DNA of 64,000 bases from a virus (IMGVR_UViG_3300035502_000737); one strand, 5' to 3'. Counted from the stretch's first letter, positions 31,515 to 42,018 are shown. Notes: generated by a model from the letters alone, not told the origin. Program-made: numbers and translations.

Positions 31515-31622
31515 CTGCTTTTGACTATGCTTAATTCTTCGAATCTTCATTCTAGTTCTCAATGTGCTTGTGATGTATAAAACAAAATTATTTACAAAGT
31601 TAAACATAAAAGTTATCGATTT

Positions 31623-32423
31623 ATGAAATTAAGAAATGTTGCTGCCGTTTGTGCCATCTTGCTCTCGGCATCGTTTATGAGTTCTTGTTGCGAGCGTATT
31701 GACGCTGGTTGTGAAGGCATCCGTGTGAACCTCTATGGCGATGACAAGGGAATTGGTGAAGTGGCCATGTGTACTGGAATGGTTTGGTACAATCCCATGT
31801 TCACAGCAGTGTATGAATACCCCACGTATGTCCAAACGGTTGACTACGCTCCGTTCAGCATCAATGCAAAGGACGGCTCAGAATTCATCGTGGACCCTAC
31901 AATCTCACTGAAAATCATCGATGGTAAATCTCCTACGGTATTCAAGAAGTACAGAAAGGAGCTTAAGGACGTGATTAATACCACATTGTACAACTATGTG
32001 AAGAATGCTTTCAGAATCCAATTGAACAGTTTTACGACGGATTACATTGTAAGCAATCGAGACAGTATTGAAAGGGCGATTGAACAGTATTTGGCGGATG
32101 ATTTGCTGAAGGAGAACTTTCACTTGGAGCAAATGACATCGGGGCTGAAATATCCAGAAAACATTGTGAAGGCGGTTAACGATAAGAACAAGGCAATACA
32201 AGATGCACAACGAGCGGCCAACGAGGTGAAGGTAGCTGAGGCAAATGCCCAGAAGTTGTTGGTTCAAGCGCAAGCAGAAGCCGAAGCAAATAAGTTGAAA
32301 CAGCAATCCTTGACGAAGGAGATTCTTCAGAAGATGTGGATTGATAAGTGGAATGGTGTTGTTCCCAATGCAATCACTGGAGGTAATACATCCGCGTTTC
32401 TCGACCTTAATAAATTGAATTGA
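31623..32423 (+). CDS. SPFH/band-7 domain lipoprotein
   Basis: lipobox LSASFMSSC; SPFH-like core and A/E/Q-rich coiled tail (AQRAANEVKVAEANAQKLLVQAQAEAEANKLKQQ). Confidence 0.55.
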   Translation: MKLRNVAAVCAILLSASFMSSCCERIDAGCEGIRVNLYGDDKGIGEVAMCTGMVWYNPMFTAVYEYPTYVQTVDYAPFSINAKDGSEFIVDPTISLKIIDGKSPTVFKKYRKELKDVINTTLYNYVKNAFRIQLNSFTTDYIVSNRDSIERAIEQYLADDLLKENFHLEQMTSGLKYPENIVKAVNDKNKAIQDAQRAANEVKVAEANAQKLLVQAQAEAEANKLKQQSLTKEILQKMWIDKWNGVVPNAITGGNTSAFLDLNKLN

Positions 32424-32455
32424 AATAAATTCAATATGATTACTCAATTTAGTAC

Positions 32456-33130
32456 ATGGATAACAACGAACAGAAAATCAACTATAGAAGCATAAAGAAA
32501 AATGCACTGAAACGTCCCGTTCACGTTGGAGAGGTATATGGTGTATACGAAGTGATTGAAGAAGTCCTTATTCCAACTGAAAAATGCGTACGCGTTAAAT
32601 ATAAATGCCGAAATATAAATACGGGAAAAGAGTTTCTTTACGGAGCTGCTTATATTCACAGATTAGGCGAAAGAACTCGCGAGAAGTTTGAAAAACTGAA
32701 TCAATACGGCCTAAGAAATTACTTGTACCGTGCAAATCGGAGAAACGCAAGAAACCGTCATCACGGTTTTTATTTGACATTTGATGAGTATAATAACATA
32801 ATATCACAGCCATGCTATTATTGTGGAGATGAGCCAAAAGAAGCGACGAAAGAACTCATTGTAAAAAGAGGAGACACACACCAACCTACAATTAGATATA
32901 ACGGTGTTGACAGAATTGACCCATTAGGTGACTACACTGTTGATAATTGTGTCCCTTGTTGTTCCATTTGTAATTATATGAAGCATGTTCTGACAAAAGA
33001 TGCATTCTTTGAGCAAATCAAGAAGATTTACAATCATTCTATTAAAGATAGTATTAATTCTGATTCAACTGAAAATCCTATTACTAATGAGGTAAAGACG
33101 GAAGAAGACACGCAAATTTTAACAAATTGA
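32456..33130 (+). CDS. HNH endonuclease (homing-endonuclease-like)
   Basis: CYYCGDEP...NGVDRIDPLGDYTVDNCVPCCSICNYMKH. Confidence 0.55.
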   Translation: MDNNEQKINYRSIKKNALKRPVHVGEVYGVYEVIEEVLIPTEKCVRVKYKCRNINTGKEFLYGAAYIHRLGERTREKFEKLNQYGLRNYLYRANRRNARNRHHGFYLTFDEYNNIISQPCYYCGDEPKEATKELIVKRGDTHQPTIRYNGVDRIDPLGDYTVDNCVPCCSICNYMKHVLTKDAFFEQIKKIYNHSIKDSINSDSTENPITNEVKTEEDTQILTN

Positions 33131-33134
33131 ATTG

Positions 33135-33806
33135 ATGGACAGTTTAAAGAAAGATTTTCGCTTGTTCGCATTGGACAAGAAAGTGAAGGCGAGCGTATTT
33201 GACGACGTCGTGAAGAAGACGGAGAACACCTTGTCACGTTCGATTCTTGAAGAGCGTCAACTTAACGTTGCTACAATGGACGTTTATTCCCGTCTCTTGT
33301 TTGACAGAATCATGTATTTCGGTGAGGAATTCGATTCGGAGACTTGCAATCTTGCCATTGCGCAGTTGTTGTTCTTGAGCTCGACGAGTGAAGAGGATAT
33401 TAACATATACATCAACAGTCCTGGAGGTTCTGTCATCGACGGCCTCGGACTTATCGACACCATCCACTACATCAAGAATAAGATTTCAACCATCTGCATC
33501 GGAATGGCGGCTTCCATGGGGGCAGTACTTTTGTCTTGCGGAACGAAGGGGCAAAGGTACATACTTCCTCATGGCCGTGTCATGATTCACCAAGTCAGCA
33601 GCGGTTCTAAGGGAACCTTTTCCGACATGAAGATTGAGCTTGCCATGGTTGAGAGGCTAAGAAATGATATTTATTCCATCCTTGCCAAGAATATCGGAAA
33701 GGAGTTTGATGAGGTGGAGAGACTTTGTGAGAGAGACAATTGGTTCGTCGGACAAGAGGCCATTGACCTTGGAATCGTGGACAAGATGCTTGAAACCCAA
33801 GAATAA
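33135..33806 (+). CDS. clpP: ClpP-family serine protease
   Basis: INSPGGSV, GMAASMGA (Ser), MIHQ (His), typical ClpP length. Confidence 0.75.
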   Translation: MDSLKKDFRLFALDKKVKASVFDDVVKKTENTLSRSILEERQLNVATMDVYSRLLFDRIMYFGEEFDSETCNLAIAQLLFLSSTSEEDINIYINSPGGSVIDGLGLIDTIHYIKNKISTICIGMAASMGAVLLSCGTKGQRYILPHGRVMIHQVSSGSKGTFSDMKIELAMVERLRNDIYSILAKNIGKEFDEVERLCERDNWFVGQEAIDLGIVDKMLETQE

Positions 33807-33849
33807 ACAATTAAGACGAATACATAAATGAAATTTACAGCAAAAAAGA

Positions 33850-34779
33850 ATGAAGATTACAAGATTAGAATGTGTCCTTCCCAATTGGATTCGTGTGGTA
33901 AATGCTGCAAGAAGGACGGTTGGAAAGAAGTCTATCAGCCATGAGCCTAGCGGTGAGTTCAAGAAGAAGATTCTGCTCGCCGAGCATAGCCCAATACGTC
34001 TTCTTGAGTATGACTTTACATGGGAGGATATCAAGCAGTGGGTCACGGTCCATTTGGTAAGACACCATGAGGGGTGTGAGAAATTCGTACATACACAACG
34101 GGAGGACAGAAGGAAACTTGATGTTCCAAGGGACGAGCTCCCACAAGGTTCGTTGAATGATATGGACATGACTTGCAATGCACAAGCATTCATCAATATA
34201 TCAAGGAAAAGGCTGTGCTCTTGCGCTTCATTAGAGACCCGTAGAGCGTGGGAAAATGTCAAGCAGTATGTCAGTACATTTGACCCATCGTTAGCGTCTG
34301 TAATGGTCCGAGAATGCGTCTACAGAGGCTTCTGCCCAGAGTATGGAAGGTGTTGTGGATATGTCAACTCCTTGGAGTATAAGAGAGAGATTGCTTGGTA
34401 TAGAGCTCCATTTTCCGAGGAGTGGAAGGAGTTCGTTCCTTATGATTTTTTCGGAATGAATGAGAATCAAATAGACGCTGAGCATGTACATGAAAGGCAT
34501 GAGGTATCCAATTATGGAAGGATAAGAAGGGTCGTTGACGAAGAGAACAAGGTGTATGAGTATACGCATATACACCGCTATCTAAGCAGTCGATTCGACA
34601 AGGACTGTATCATTTTCGCCCATAATTCTTTTGACAGTGAAATATACGAGGTCGCTAAGATTGTATACATCAAGTTTGTGGACGAAACGAAATCGTGGGA
34701 GGACATGAAACAGTGTACGATTGCATATGCCAATGAGAACAATTATGACAATACGTACAAGAATTTGCGTATTGCGTGA
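33850..34779 (+). CDS. ThyX-like (flavin-dependent thymidylate synthase family) protein, divergent
   Basis: EHSPIRLLEYDFTWEDIKQWVTVHLVRHHEG..HTQRE resembles ThyX HxSVxE..FTF....R.....RHR core. Confidence 0.35.
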   Translation: MKITRLECVLPNWIRVVNAARRTVGKKSISHEPSGEFKKKILLAEHSPIRLLEYDFTWEDIKQWVTVHLVRHHEGCEKFVHTQREDRRKLDVPRDELPQGSLNDMDMTCNAQAFINISRKRLCSCASLETRRAWENVKQYVSTFDPSLASVMVRECVYRGFCPEYGRCCGYVNSLEYKREIAWYRAPFSEEWKEFVPYDFFGMNENQIDAEHVHERHEVSNYGRIRRVVDEENKVYEYTHIHRYLSSRFDKDCIIFAHNSFDSEIYEVAKIVYIKFVDETKSWEDMKQCTIAYANENNYDNTYKNLRIA

Positions 34780-35008
34780 TATTTATCAGTATAAATTACG
34801 TAATTGACTTATGGCATGTTCATGTAAAGCGAAGAAAAATGTCGGTGCTAGTAAGGTTGTGACACGAAGGACATCGGCGAACGGTAGAACGGCCACCTCA
34901 TCCAACAAGCGCATTGTAAGGCGCGAGATAAAATGAATGACCAATTTCTACGAGCAAGATTAAATGAAATGGAATTTTTTGCGGAAAAGGATGGAATCTG
35001 TGACGGTT

Positions 35009-35395
35009 TCATCCTTTTTTCTTTTTGTTGAAGAACGGATTATCTTTCAACGATTGGCATATCATCTCATATTTGTCGCATGTATCCTTGAAAGCTTTTA
35101 CTTCTTCTTCATCCAATTCGAACCATTCGTTGATAAGTCGGTGCGAGTTGAAATGTCTATGGAGCATTTTCTCTATAATGAATGGATATTCGGTTGGATG
35201 AGAGTTACATAGATACAAGGATTCCGAATTTCCCGTCTGAAGTTCCGAGAGTCTGCTTTCCACGTCCTTCTTGTTTGTCACTCCAATCTTGAATCTGCTT
35301 GGGTTGTCAAGTTCCCCTATTAAATAAACGAATCCCATATGCGTGATATAATGTAATCTTTTATTGTTATATATGAGAAACGGTTGAAAAATCAA
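35009..35395 (-). CDS. T5orf172 (GIY-YIG superfamily) domain protein
   Basis: GFVYLIGELDNPSRFKIGVT...RLSELQTGNSESLYL...EKMLHRHF...INEWFELD. Confidence 0.5.
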   Translation of the reverse strand: MIFQPFLIYNNKRLHYITHMGFVYLIGELDNPSRFKIGVTNKKDVESRLSELQTGNSESLYLCNSHPTEYPFIIEKMLHRHFNSHRLINEWFELDEEEVKAFKDTCDKYEMICQSLKDNPFFNKKKKG

Positions 35396-35419
35396 CGCAA
35401 AATAATTTGGAATTCTGAA

Positions 35420-35445
35420 TTATTTTGTATATCTTTGCACTGTAA
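35420..35445 (+). promoter_or_regulatory. phage consensus promoter (tattttgtatatctttgcactgtaaag)
   Basis: upstream of 35461. Confidence 0.45.
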
Positions 35446-35460
35446 AGCCGATTTAATACA

Positions 35461-36333
35461 ATGTTAAACATAGAGGATATTGAGAAAAGATTGAGGGACA
35501 ACCCCGAACCTCCGTTTGTGAAGGAGGTGAGAGAAAACATCAGAAAGAGCTTCTCTCGCCTTGAGTTCATCGAGGAGGGACATAAGTATTTTGTCCACAA
35601 TGATGATGGCACACAGACTGAGTTGCCAAGTGTTTCCCATGTTTGCCATCAGTTTCAGAACGAGACTGATTGGGATTGGGTTGCCAATAACAAGGCGAAG
35701 AAGATGGGCATTGACGTGAAAGACTTGAAAAGGCAGTGGAAGGAGGCTAATATCAGAAGCACCTCTAACGGTACGAAGACTCACTTATTCGGGGAGTCAT
35801 ATATGTATTTCTTCAGAGGGAAACCCGACCTTATGCCGCAATCAGTCAAGGAAACCCAATACGAGGAAGGGTTCTTGATTCCTTACGGAACCAAGGAGGA
35901 GGCCATTGCCAAGTTCTATGAGGACGCCTTTTCGGTAAAGAACTTCTACCCCGTTATGGCGGAGGCGAAGATTTATACGGGAATCAACGAAACGTTGAAG
36001 CTGAGACAGAACTATAGCGGAACATTTGATATGCTTTTCGCTTATCAACTAAGAAACCGTTGGAAGTTGGCAATCTTCGATTGGAAGACAAACAAAGAAC
36101 TTGAAAACTCTTATAACAGAGATTTCGGGAATGGGTTAAAACAACCTTTCGGTCATTTGATTGACGAGCCTCTTTCTCTATATACCTTGCAGCTGTCTTC
36201 TTACCAATTGGGATTGATGCAGCTTGGGTATGAGATTGCAGATAGAAAGATTGTATGGCTGAAAGATGACACTTCGTATGAGAAGATTCAGACGAAGGAT
36301 GTAACCAAACAATTAATTAAAGCGCTGAGTTGA
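35461..36333 (+). CDS. PD-(D/E)XK-like nuclease candidate
   Basis: GTFDMLFAY...WKLAIFDWKTNK resembles D...(E/D)xK core. Confidence 0.35.
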   Translation: MLNIEDIEKRLRDNPEPPFVKEVRENIRKSFSRLEFIEEGHKYFVHNDDGTQTELPSVSHVCHQFQNETDWDWVANNKAKKMGIDVKDLKRQWKEANIRSTSNGTKTHLFGESYMYFFRGKPDLMPQSVKETQYEEGFLIPYGTKEEAIAKFYEDAFSVKNFYPVMAEAKIYTGINETLKLRQNYSGTFDMLFAYQLRNRWKLAIFDWKTNKELENSYNRDFGNGLKQPFGHLIDEPLSLYTLQLSSYQLGLMQLGYEIADRKIVWLKDDTSYEKIQTKDVTKQLIKALS

Positions 36334-36334
36334 T

Positions 36335-36838
36335 ATGGGCGAAAAGAGAAAAGTATGCGTCCTCTCAAAGATAGTTTTTGACAAGTTTTGCGAAGAGAGA
36401 AGGTTGAATGACATGAATGTGGAGGAAGTCGGAAAGGATTACGCCTTCATATCCATCATCTGCGAGAAGGACGCCAATGAGAGATACATCAAGGATAGAG
36501 AAGAACATTGGTTCAATGAAAACCATGCGAATGTTCTGAACCTTGAGTTTGATGACGTGGAAAACGAATGCGAAATGCGTGGTGTTCCATTCTTCCCCAT
36601 CAGCGAAAAGCAAGCCAAGGAAACGGTGGAATTCATCGAACGGAACTTGGATAAGAATTTCATCATCCACTGTAGGGCTGGAATTTCACGTTCACAAGCT
36701 GTCGGACAGTTCTTGCTTGAGAATTATGACGGCCATTTCGTTGAAAGTGAGCTCTCCAACCCTCATATCTTGCACAACAAGAGAGTGATGAAGGAATTGC
36801 TGAAAGCCAAATATGGGCCAATGGTTAAAGAACAATAA
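36335..36838 (+). CDS. dual-specificity / tyrosine protein phosphatase
   Basis: CX5R P-loop IIHCRAGISRSQAV. Confidence 0.65.
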   Translation: MGEKRKVCVLSKIVFDKFCEERRLNDMNVEEVGKDYAFISIICEKDANERYIKDREEHWFNENHANVLNLEFDDVENECEMRGVPFFPISEKQAKETVEFIERNLDKNFIIHCRAGISRSQAVGQFLLENYDGHFVESELSNPHILHNKRVMKELLKAKYGPMVKEQ

Positions 36839-36851
36839 ATAAAAATAGGAT

Positions 36852-37253
36852 ATGAAAAGTTTTAAAGCGGTAAAATCAGTTTATACAGCGTTCAAAAAGT
36901 TATCCGATAAAGGGATTAGCAGTGACGTGATGAAAGTGACATCTCGTATTACAAAAGAGGAAGAGAAGATGATGATGGAACTTATTAACAAGTACAAGAT
37001 GTTTCATGCCGTTCTGTGGAAAGATGAAGATAAAAGTCCAAGAATTACGTTCATTGTACAAGGCGGAACTAATGGAAGGGAAGGCTCAATCAAGAACTCT
37101 CTACTTGAAGTGTATAACTTGTTGTATGAATTGGATAATGAAGATAAGGTTAAATGGAGCCAGGTCTTGGATGTTTACATTGACAACGCTGATGACTTAT
37201 ACGATTTTCTTATTACATTAGAACTGAAAAAAGAAAGAAGTATTAGAATATGA
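36852..37253 (+). CDS. hypothetical protein
   Basis: ORF. Confidence 0.4.
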   Translation: MKSFKAVKSVYTAFKKLSDKGISSDVMKVTSRITKEEEKMMMELINKYKMFHAVLWKDEDKSPRITFIVQGGTNGREGSIKNSLLEVYNLLYELDNEDKVKWSQVLDVYIDNADDLYDFLITLELKKERSIRI

Positions 37254-37645
37254 AAAACAAGGTATTTCACATCTACGGAACAGCCGTAGACAAGGACGGC
37301 GAAGAGCATGTGGTTACAATGGTAGGCGAGCTTACCAAGTCAAAAGAGAAAGCTTTGGAAGAAAGCGAGAATCACGGTGACAGCATTACATTGAAATGCA
37401 AGACTCGTTGGACAAGAACTCTCAAGTATGGTTTTTCCATCTGTCATACCTCTGATTTGAAAGATTTCAATGAGGAGCTTGGCGTTCAGATTGGATTGAG
37501 AAGAGCAAGGACATCTCCACTTGGAGAGCTTACCACCACAAGAGTCACCACACTTTGTGACGAGCAAGTAAAAATAATTTTGTTCGGAGAACTTCAATAT
37601 GTAATCAAGAATATTGACAAGTATATCAAAAAGGATAAGGCATGA
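37250..37645 (+). CDS. hypothetical protein
   Basis: ORF, ATGA overlap. Confidence 0.4.
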   Translation: MKNKVFHIYGTAVDKDGEEHVVTMVGELTKSKEKALEESENHGDSITLKCKTRWTRTLKYGFSICHTSDLKDFNEELGVQIGLRRARTSPLGELTTTRVTTLCDEQVKIILFGELQYVIKNIDKYIKKDKA

Positions 37646-38124
37646 ATGAATTTTTGAAGGCTGCTTATGATGAAAAGTTGCTGTCAATCTTGCCAAATAT
37701 ATGGAGTTTCTACGCTATACTTGATAGGGCTGACGGCTACAAAAGAAGTCATGATATAACTGATAAACATTTTGTTATGCCGAAAGACGAGGAGTTTTTC
37801 AATGCATTGTCGAAAGCATCAATTGAAGTTTACTCAAAATTCTATGGTAATAAACGTCTAACTTACGAATTTATAGCTGCTATCCGTTATATAGCCGATT
37901 ATTATTGTACAATGAAGATTTTCGTCGAAGAACGTGTTGATGACAACGGAGCCGTTGTCGGTTTTTTATTTAAATCTCGTTCTGACGATAATCTAAATTT
38001 CACAATTGGCGAAAGCGGCGAAAGGAGCAGACTTACGATAGCTAATCTTCCATTTAACATTGAAGGCATCGAGAAGAAGATGGAATTCTTGGTCATCAAG
38101 AAAAAAATTATTGAAAGAGATTGA
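37642..38124 (+). CDS. hypothetical protein
   Basis: ORF, ATGA overlap. Confidence 0.4.
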   Translation: MNEFLKAAYDEKLLSILPNIWSFYAILDRADGYKRSHDITDKHFVMPKDEEFFNALSKASIEVYSKFYGNKRLTYEFIAAIRYIADYYCTMKIFVEERVDDNGAVVGFLFKSRSDDNLNFTIGESGERSRLTIANLPFNIEGIEKKMEFLVIKKKIIERD

Positions 38125-38266
38125 TAGAAGATTAAAATACAGCCATTAAAAGGGGTGAAAGGGGCCTATCGTTTTTTAAGAAAGATTAACGGTAGGTTCC
38201 TTGTTTTTCTTCTAACTATTTCATATCTTTGCGTCAGAAAGTGAAACAATATTCAAAACTTTAAAG

Positions 38267-39346
38267 ATGAACAAAAGCAGCAAGGATTATTATAAGATAC
38301 TAGGACTTTCTGAGGAGGATAAGAAACTTCAAGTGGAGGACTTCAAAAAGAAGCTCAAGGCCAACTACAGAAAGCTGTGCATTGAGTTCCATCCCGACAA
38401 GCAGCAAGGGAAAACCGATAAGGAGAAAGAGGAGGCGGAGAATAAGTTCAAGGAAATTGCCGAGGCTTATGACGTTCTTTCTGACGACAAGAAACGCAAT
38501 GAGTACAATTCTCCCACTCCAAATCCTTTTGAAGGTTTCGGAGGCGTCAATTGGGAGGATGGATTCGGATTCGCAGACATATTCAGCGGTTTCAAAAATG
38601 GCAGGCCTCAAAATTTCAAGGGGCAGTCCATGAGACTTCGTCTTGGACTGACATTGGAGGAACTTTACTACGGAGTTTCGAAGGATTTGAAGTTCAAGAG
38701 AAACGGGAAGTGCCCACATTGTAACGGAAGTGGGGAGACATCCTCTTCTAGATGGGAAACTTGTCCCACTTGCGGAGGATGCGGAAGCGAGTTCTTCAGC
38801 TTTAGAAATATGCAGCAGCTCAGGACTTGTTCACGTTGCGGAGGCTCATGCAAGATATTGACGAATCCTTGCCCATACTGCAATGGAAGCGGTTTGACTG
38901 AGGAAGAGGCTACCGTTCATGTGGATGTTCCAAGAGGCGCGTTTGATGGATATGAGATGGAGTTCAGAGGATACGGAAGCTCTACAAAGAACAACAAGGG
39001 AGAGAACGGAGACTTGTACATCATAGTTCATGAGCTTCCTCACAAGAAATTCAAGAAGGATGTGCATGACCTCTACTTCCAACTTGATGTCCCCATATTG
39101 GATGCCATACTTGGAGGTAACGTGGCGGTTGAGACCATTGATGGGAAAAAGTTTCAAACGAAGATTCCCCAAGGTGTAAAGGACGGACAGAAGATTCGCT
39201 TCAAGAAAAATGGTATGCCAATCTATAATACCGACCGTTACGGTGACTTGTATGGAGTAGTGAATTTCAAGTTACCAACCTCCATCACGGATGAGGAGAG
39301 ACAGAAACTTCAAGAACTTCAAGGAAAAGGCAGTTTTGCGTCATGA
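38267..39346 (+). CDS. dnaJ: DnaJ-family co-chaperone
   Basis: J-domain with HPD (CIEFHPDKQ), four CxxCxGxG zinc-finger repeats, C-terminal domain. Confidence 0.85.
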   Translation: MNKSSKDYYKILGLSEEDKKLQVEDFKKKLKANYRKLCIEFHPDKQQGKTDKEKEEAENKFKEIAEAYDVLSDDKKRNEYNSPTPNPFEGFGGVNWEDGFGFADIFSGFKNGRPQNFKGQSMRLRLGLTLEELYYGVSKDLKFKRNGKCPHCNGSGETSSSRWETCPTCGGCGSEFFSFRNMQQLRTCSRCGGSCKILTNPCPYCNGSGLTEEEATVHVDVPRGAFDGYEMEFRGYGSSTKNNKGENGDLYIIVHELPHKKFKKDVHDLYFQLDVPILDAILGGNVAVETIDGKKFQTKIPQGVKDGQKIRFKKNGMPIYNTDRYGDLYGVVNFKLPTSITDEERQKLQELQGKGSFAS

Positions 39347-39954
39347 TAAAGGTTATAGAGGATGTGGACATCATCAAGGAGATTCCGAATTTTGACTTGA
39401 CGCTCATAGGTACGAACATCTATTGCACTATGAGCCAAGGGGTGCAGCGTGAGATAGCCTTGAACTATTCCTACGTCAAGGAGGATAACTTGAAGACGAA
39501 GTATGGTGACATCGCCAAATTGGGTACATTCATTGAATGCGTGAGGCCCAATGAGCCGAAGATTGCGCTTCTTTTCATCTACAGAGGGTATTTCAACAAG
39601 AAGAAATACAAGGATGACGAGACGTGTGATTATGAGGCGATTTCCAATTGCTTGAAGCAAATAAACCACACATACAGAGGACTGAATGTTGCCACCACGT
39701 TGCTCGGATGCAGTAGGTTTGACGGGAATGGTAAGAAGGAACTCGTTCTTCCAATTATGGAAGAGTGTCTTACAGACGTGAACGTGACCGTCTTCGACTA
39801 TTACCAAAAGAGCAAGGCGGAGAAGCTAAAGGAATTCTATCTCAAGGAAAAAGAGGTGAAGAAGGTGGATTACCTTGCTTATAGGGAAATGGTCAGAAAG
39901 AGAAAGGAAGAGGCCAATGAGCGTTTCAGAAGGAATGGGATTGGTCGATATTAA
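39343..39954 (+). CDS. hypothetical protein
   Basis: ORF, ATGA overlap with dnaJ. Confidence 0.45.
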   Translation: MIKVIEDVDIIKEIPNFDLTLIGTNIYCTMSQGVQREIALNYSYVKEDNLKTKYGDIAKLGTFIECVRPNEPKIALLFIYRGYFNKKKYKDDETCDYEAISNCLKQINHTYRGLNVATTLLGCSRFDGNGKKELVLPIMEECLTDVNVTVFDYYQKSKAEKLKEFYLKEKEVKKVDYLAYREMVRKRKEEANERFRRNGIGRY

Positions 39955-39995
39955 AAGAAAAGAAGGAAAACGTAATTACTTTACCTTATTATATT

Positions 39996-40366
39996 TTATG
40001 AAGAAAACAATCACTTTGACGGAAGACATGCTGAAACTGATTCCGTTCTTTTACATCCAAGAGTTCGATGATTCCAAGGTAGGTGTGGACAAGCAAATCT
40101 TGTTTAACCTCGGTTCCCACTTAATGGAGGATATGGCTATGATTCTTGGGAAGATAGACCATGTGATTCCGAACACAGCGGAGGACGGTGACGGAAGGGC
40201 GTTCGATGACGAGACCACCGATTACATGTTGGAAATCTTCAATTACTTGTCTGAGAACATCGTGTACATTGAATCCTTGGTACACCAATACGCATGCATG
40301 GGAGGACTGAAGGCAACCACCTACAAATGCTTGACAAATGAGATGATTTGGAGTGAAGAAGACTAA
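39996..40366 (+). CDS. hypothetical protein (ORF-track 39875; internal ATG 39996 avoids overlap)
   Basis: ORF. Confidence 0.35.
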
Positions 40367-40539
40367 CAGTTTGTCAATCAAAACATAGTACTTTGTTAAT
40401 TGAACATCCATTTTTAACACGAATTTGTAATTTATGTTAATTGTGGAAATTTTAACGCCAAACCCTTTGTTTTCCGAATTACTTTACATACATTTGCAGT
40501 GTGAAAACAAAGATTGAATCTGATATTAAAAGATTTTAA

Positions 40540-41061
40540 ATGAACAAACCAATCAAAAGCAACAAGTTCTCGTTCAAGGTGAACGAGGATATCCGAGGGT
40601 ACGAGAGTGTTCGACTTGTGGGTGAAGGAACTGAATCCAAGGTCATCTCCCTATCCGAGGCTAATGAGATAGCTAACAAGAGTGGATTGGACTTGGTTCT
40701 TATCAACGAGAAGTCTAGTCCGCCCATTGTGAGGATTGTCAAGTATGACAAGTTCATATATGACTTGAAGCGCAATGGGAAACTGAATAAGAAGCCCACG
40801 AGCCAATTGAAGGAGGTGCAGCTGACGGTTAACATCGCTCAGCACGACATCGACACGAAGTCCAAGCAAGCGGCCCAATTCCTAGAGAAAGGAAACAAGG
40901 TAAAGGTAGTCCTTACGATGAAGGGGCGCCAGCTTGGAAGAAGGGAGGAAAGCAAGAAGTCATTGTTCTTGTTTCTCACAAGTCTTGAGGACGTGGCTAA
41001 GATTGAGTCCTTGAAAGACGAGGGGAACAAAACGATAGCGATTTTGACGAAGAAAGGTTGA
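40540..41061 (+). CDS. infC: translation initiation factor IF-3
   Basis: N-domain INEDIRGYESVRLVGEGTESKVISLSEANEIANKSGLDLVLI, linker PIVRIVKYDKFIYD, C-domain LKEVQLTVNIAQHDIDTKSKQAAQFLEKGNKVKVVLTMKGRQ. Confidence 0.75.
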   Translation: MNKPIKSNKFSFKVNEDIRGYESVRLVGEGTESKVISLSEANEIANKSGLDLVLINEKSSPPIVRIVKYDKFIYDLKRNGKLNKKPTSQLKEVQLTVNIAQHDIDTKSKQAAQFLEKGNKVKVVLTMKGRQLGRREESKKSLFLFLTSLEDVAKIESLKDEGNKTIAILTKKG

Positions 41062-41127
41062 CTGAGAGAGAAGGAATTGTTAGATGTAATAAGCCTATAA
41101 TAACAAGAAACAACACACGATTGTTAC

Positions 41128-42018
41128 ATGATTGTCAATCTCAAAACTGGTCACTCTGATTATTTCGAACGCACTGATACGTTCATCAGATACCAAGAAG
41201 AAATCCGACGTTATCGCCTTTTGTCAGACTCCGACACCATGGAGTGTTTCCAAAAGATTAGGCACGGGACCAAAGAGGAAAAGGAATCCGCAAAGAGGAA
41301 GCTTGTGAACGCAAACCAACGCTTCATCCTTGCCATGGCCAAAAAGTACGGCACGAACGAAAACTACCTCGACCTTGTGGAAGAGGGGAACATCGGTCTG
41401 CTTGAGGCCATCGAGAAGTACGACACGGAAGACGGGTCAAAATTCCTTTCCTTTGCGGTATGGTACGTGAGGAGGGCGATGAACCACTTTAGCTCACGGT
41501 ACGGAAGTGTGGTCAGAAAGACAAACATCTCGAAGACATGGCACTACATATCGAGGGCTACGAACAAGTTCCTACAGAAGGAACAGCGTCAGCCGACATT
41601 GGACGAGCTGATTGAAGTCCTTAACAATGACTACAACGTCGACATTAAGGACGCGAACGATGTGATAGAGACGAAAATGATTTCCATCGACCAAACCATT
41701 GACGGGTTCGAGGAAGGAGCGAGAGAGACTTCCGACGACTACGCATTACTTTCAGAGGCGTCTTCTTTCGACAACCTTTACAACGAGGAAATCGAAAGAG
41801 AGTTCCAAGGCATGTTGGTCGGGAAGGTTTTGGAGACACTCTCCAAGAGGGAGAGGGAAATCATCACATTGTACTTTGGAATAGGATATGACAGAGCTTA
41901 TGAGCTCGGTGAAATATCAGAAAAGCTTGGACTGACAAAGGAACGAGTCCGACAAATTAGAAACACGGTTGTATCAAAACTAAAGGAAGAGTGCGTGGAA
42001 GCACTCAAGGAAACTTAA
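41128..42018 (+). CDS. second sigma-70 family sigma factor
   Basis: region 2 LVEEGNIGLLEAIEKYDTEDGSKFLSFAVWYVRRAM; region 4 LGEISEKLGLTKERVRQIRNTVVSKLK. Confidence 0.75.
   Translation: MIVNLKTGHSDYFERTDTFIRYQEEIRRYRLLSDSDTMECFQKIRHGTKEEKESAKRKLVNANQRFILAMAKKYGTNENYLDLVEEGNIGLLEAIEKYDTEDGSKFLSFAVWYVRRAMNHFSSRYGSVVRKTNISKTWHYISRATNKFLQKEQRQPTLDELIEVLNNDYNVDIKDANDVIETKMISIDQTIDGFEEGARETSDDYALLSEASSFDNLYNEEIEREFQGMLVGKVLETLSKREREIITLYFGIGYDRAYELGEISEKLGLTKERVRQIRNTVVSKLKEECVEALKET

Noticed and set aside
29760-31700. CRISPR array or repeats near the TnpB/Cas12-like gene
   Set aside because: No direct repeats were found by eye in the flanks.
39343-39954. Possible macro/ADP-ribose-binding domain
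   Set aside because: No glycine-rich macro motif was found; left as hypothetical.
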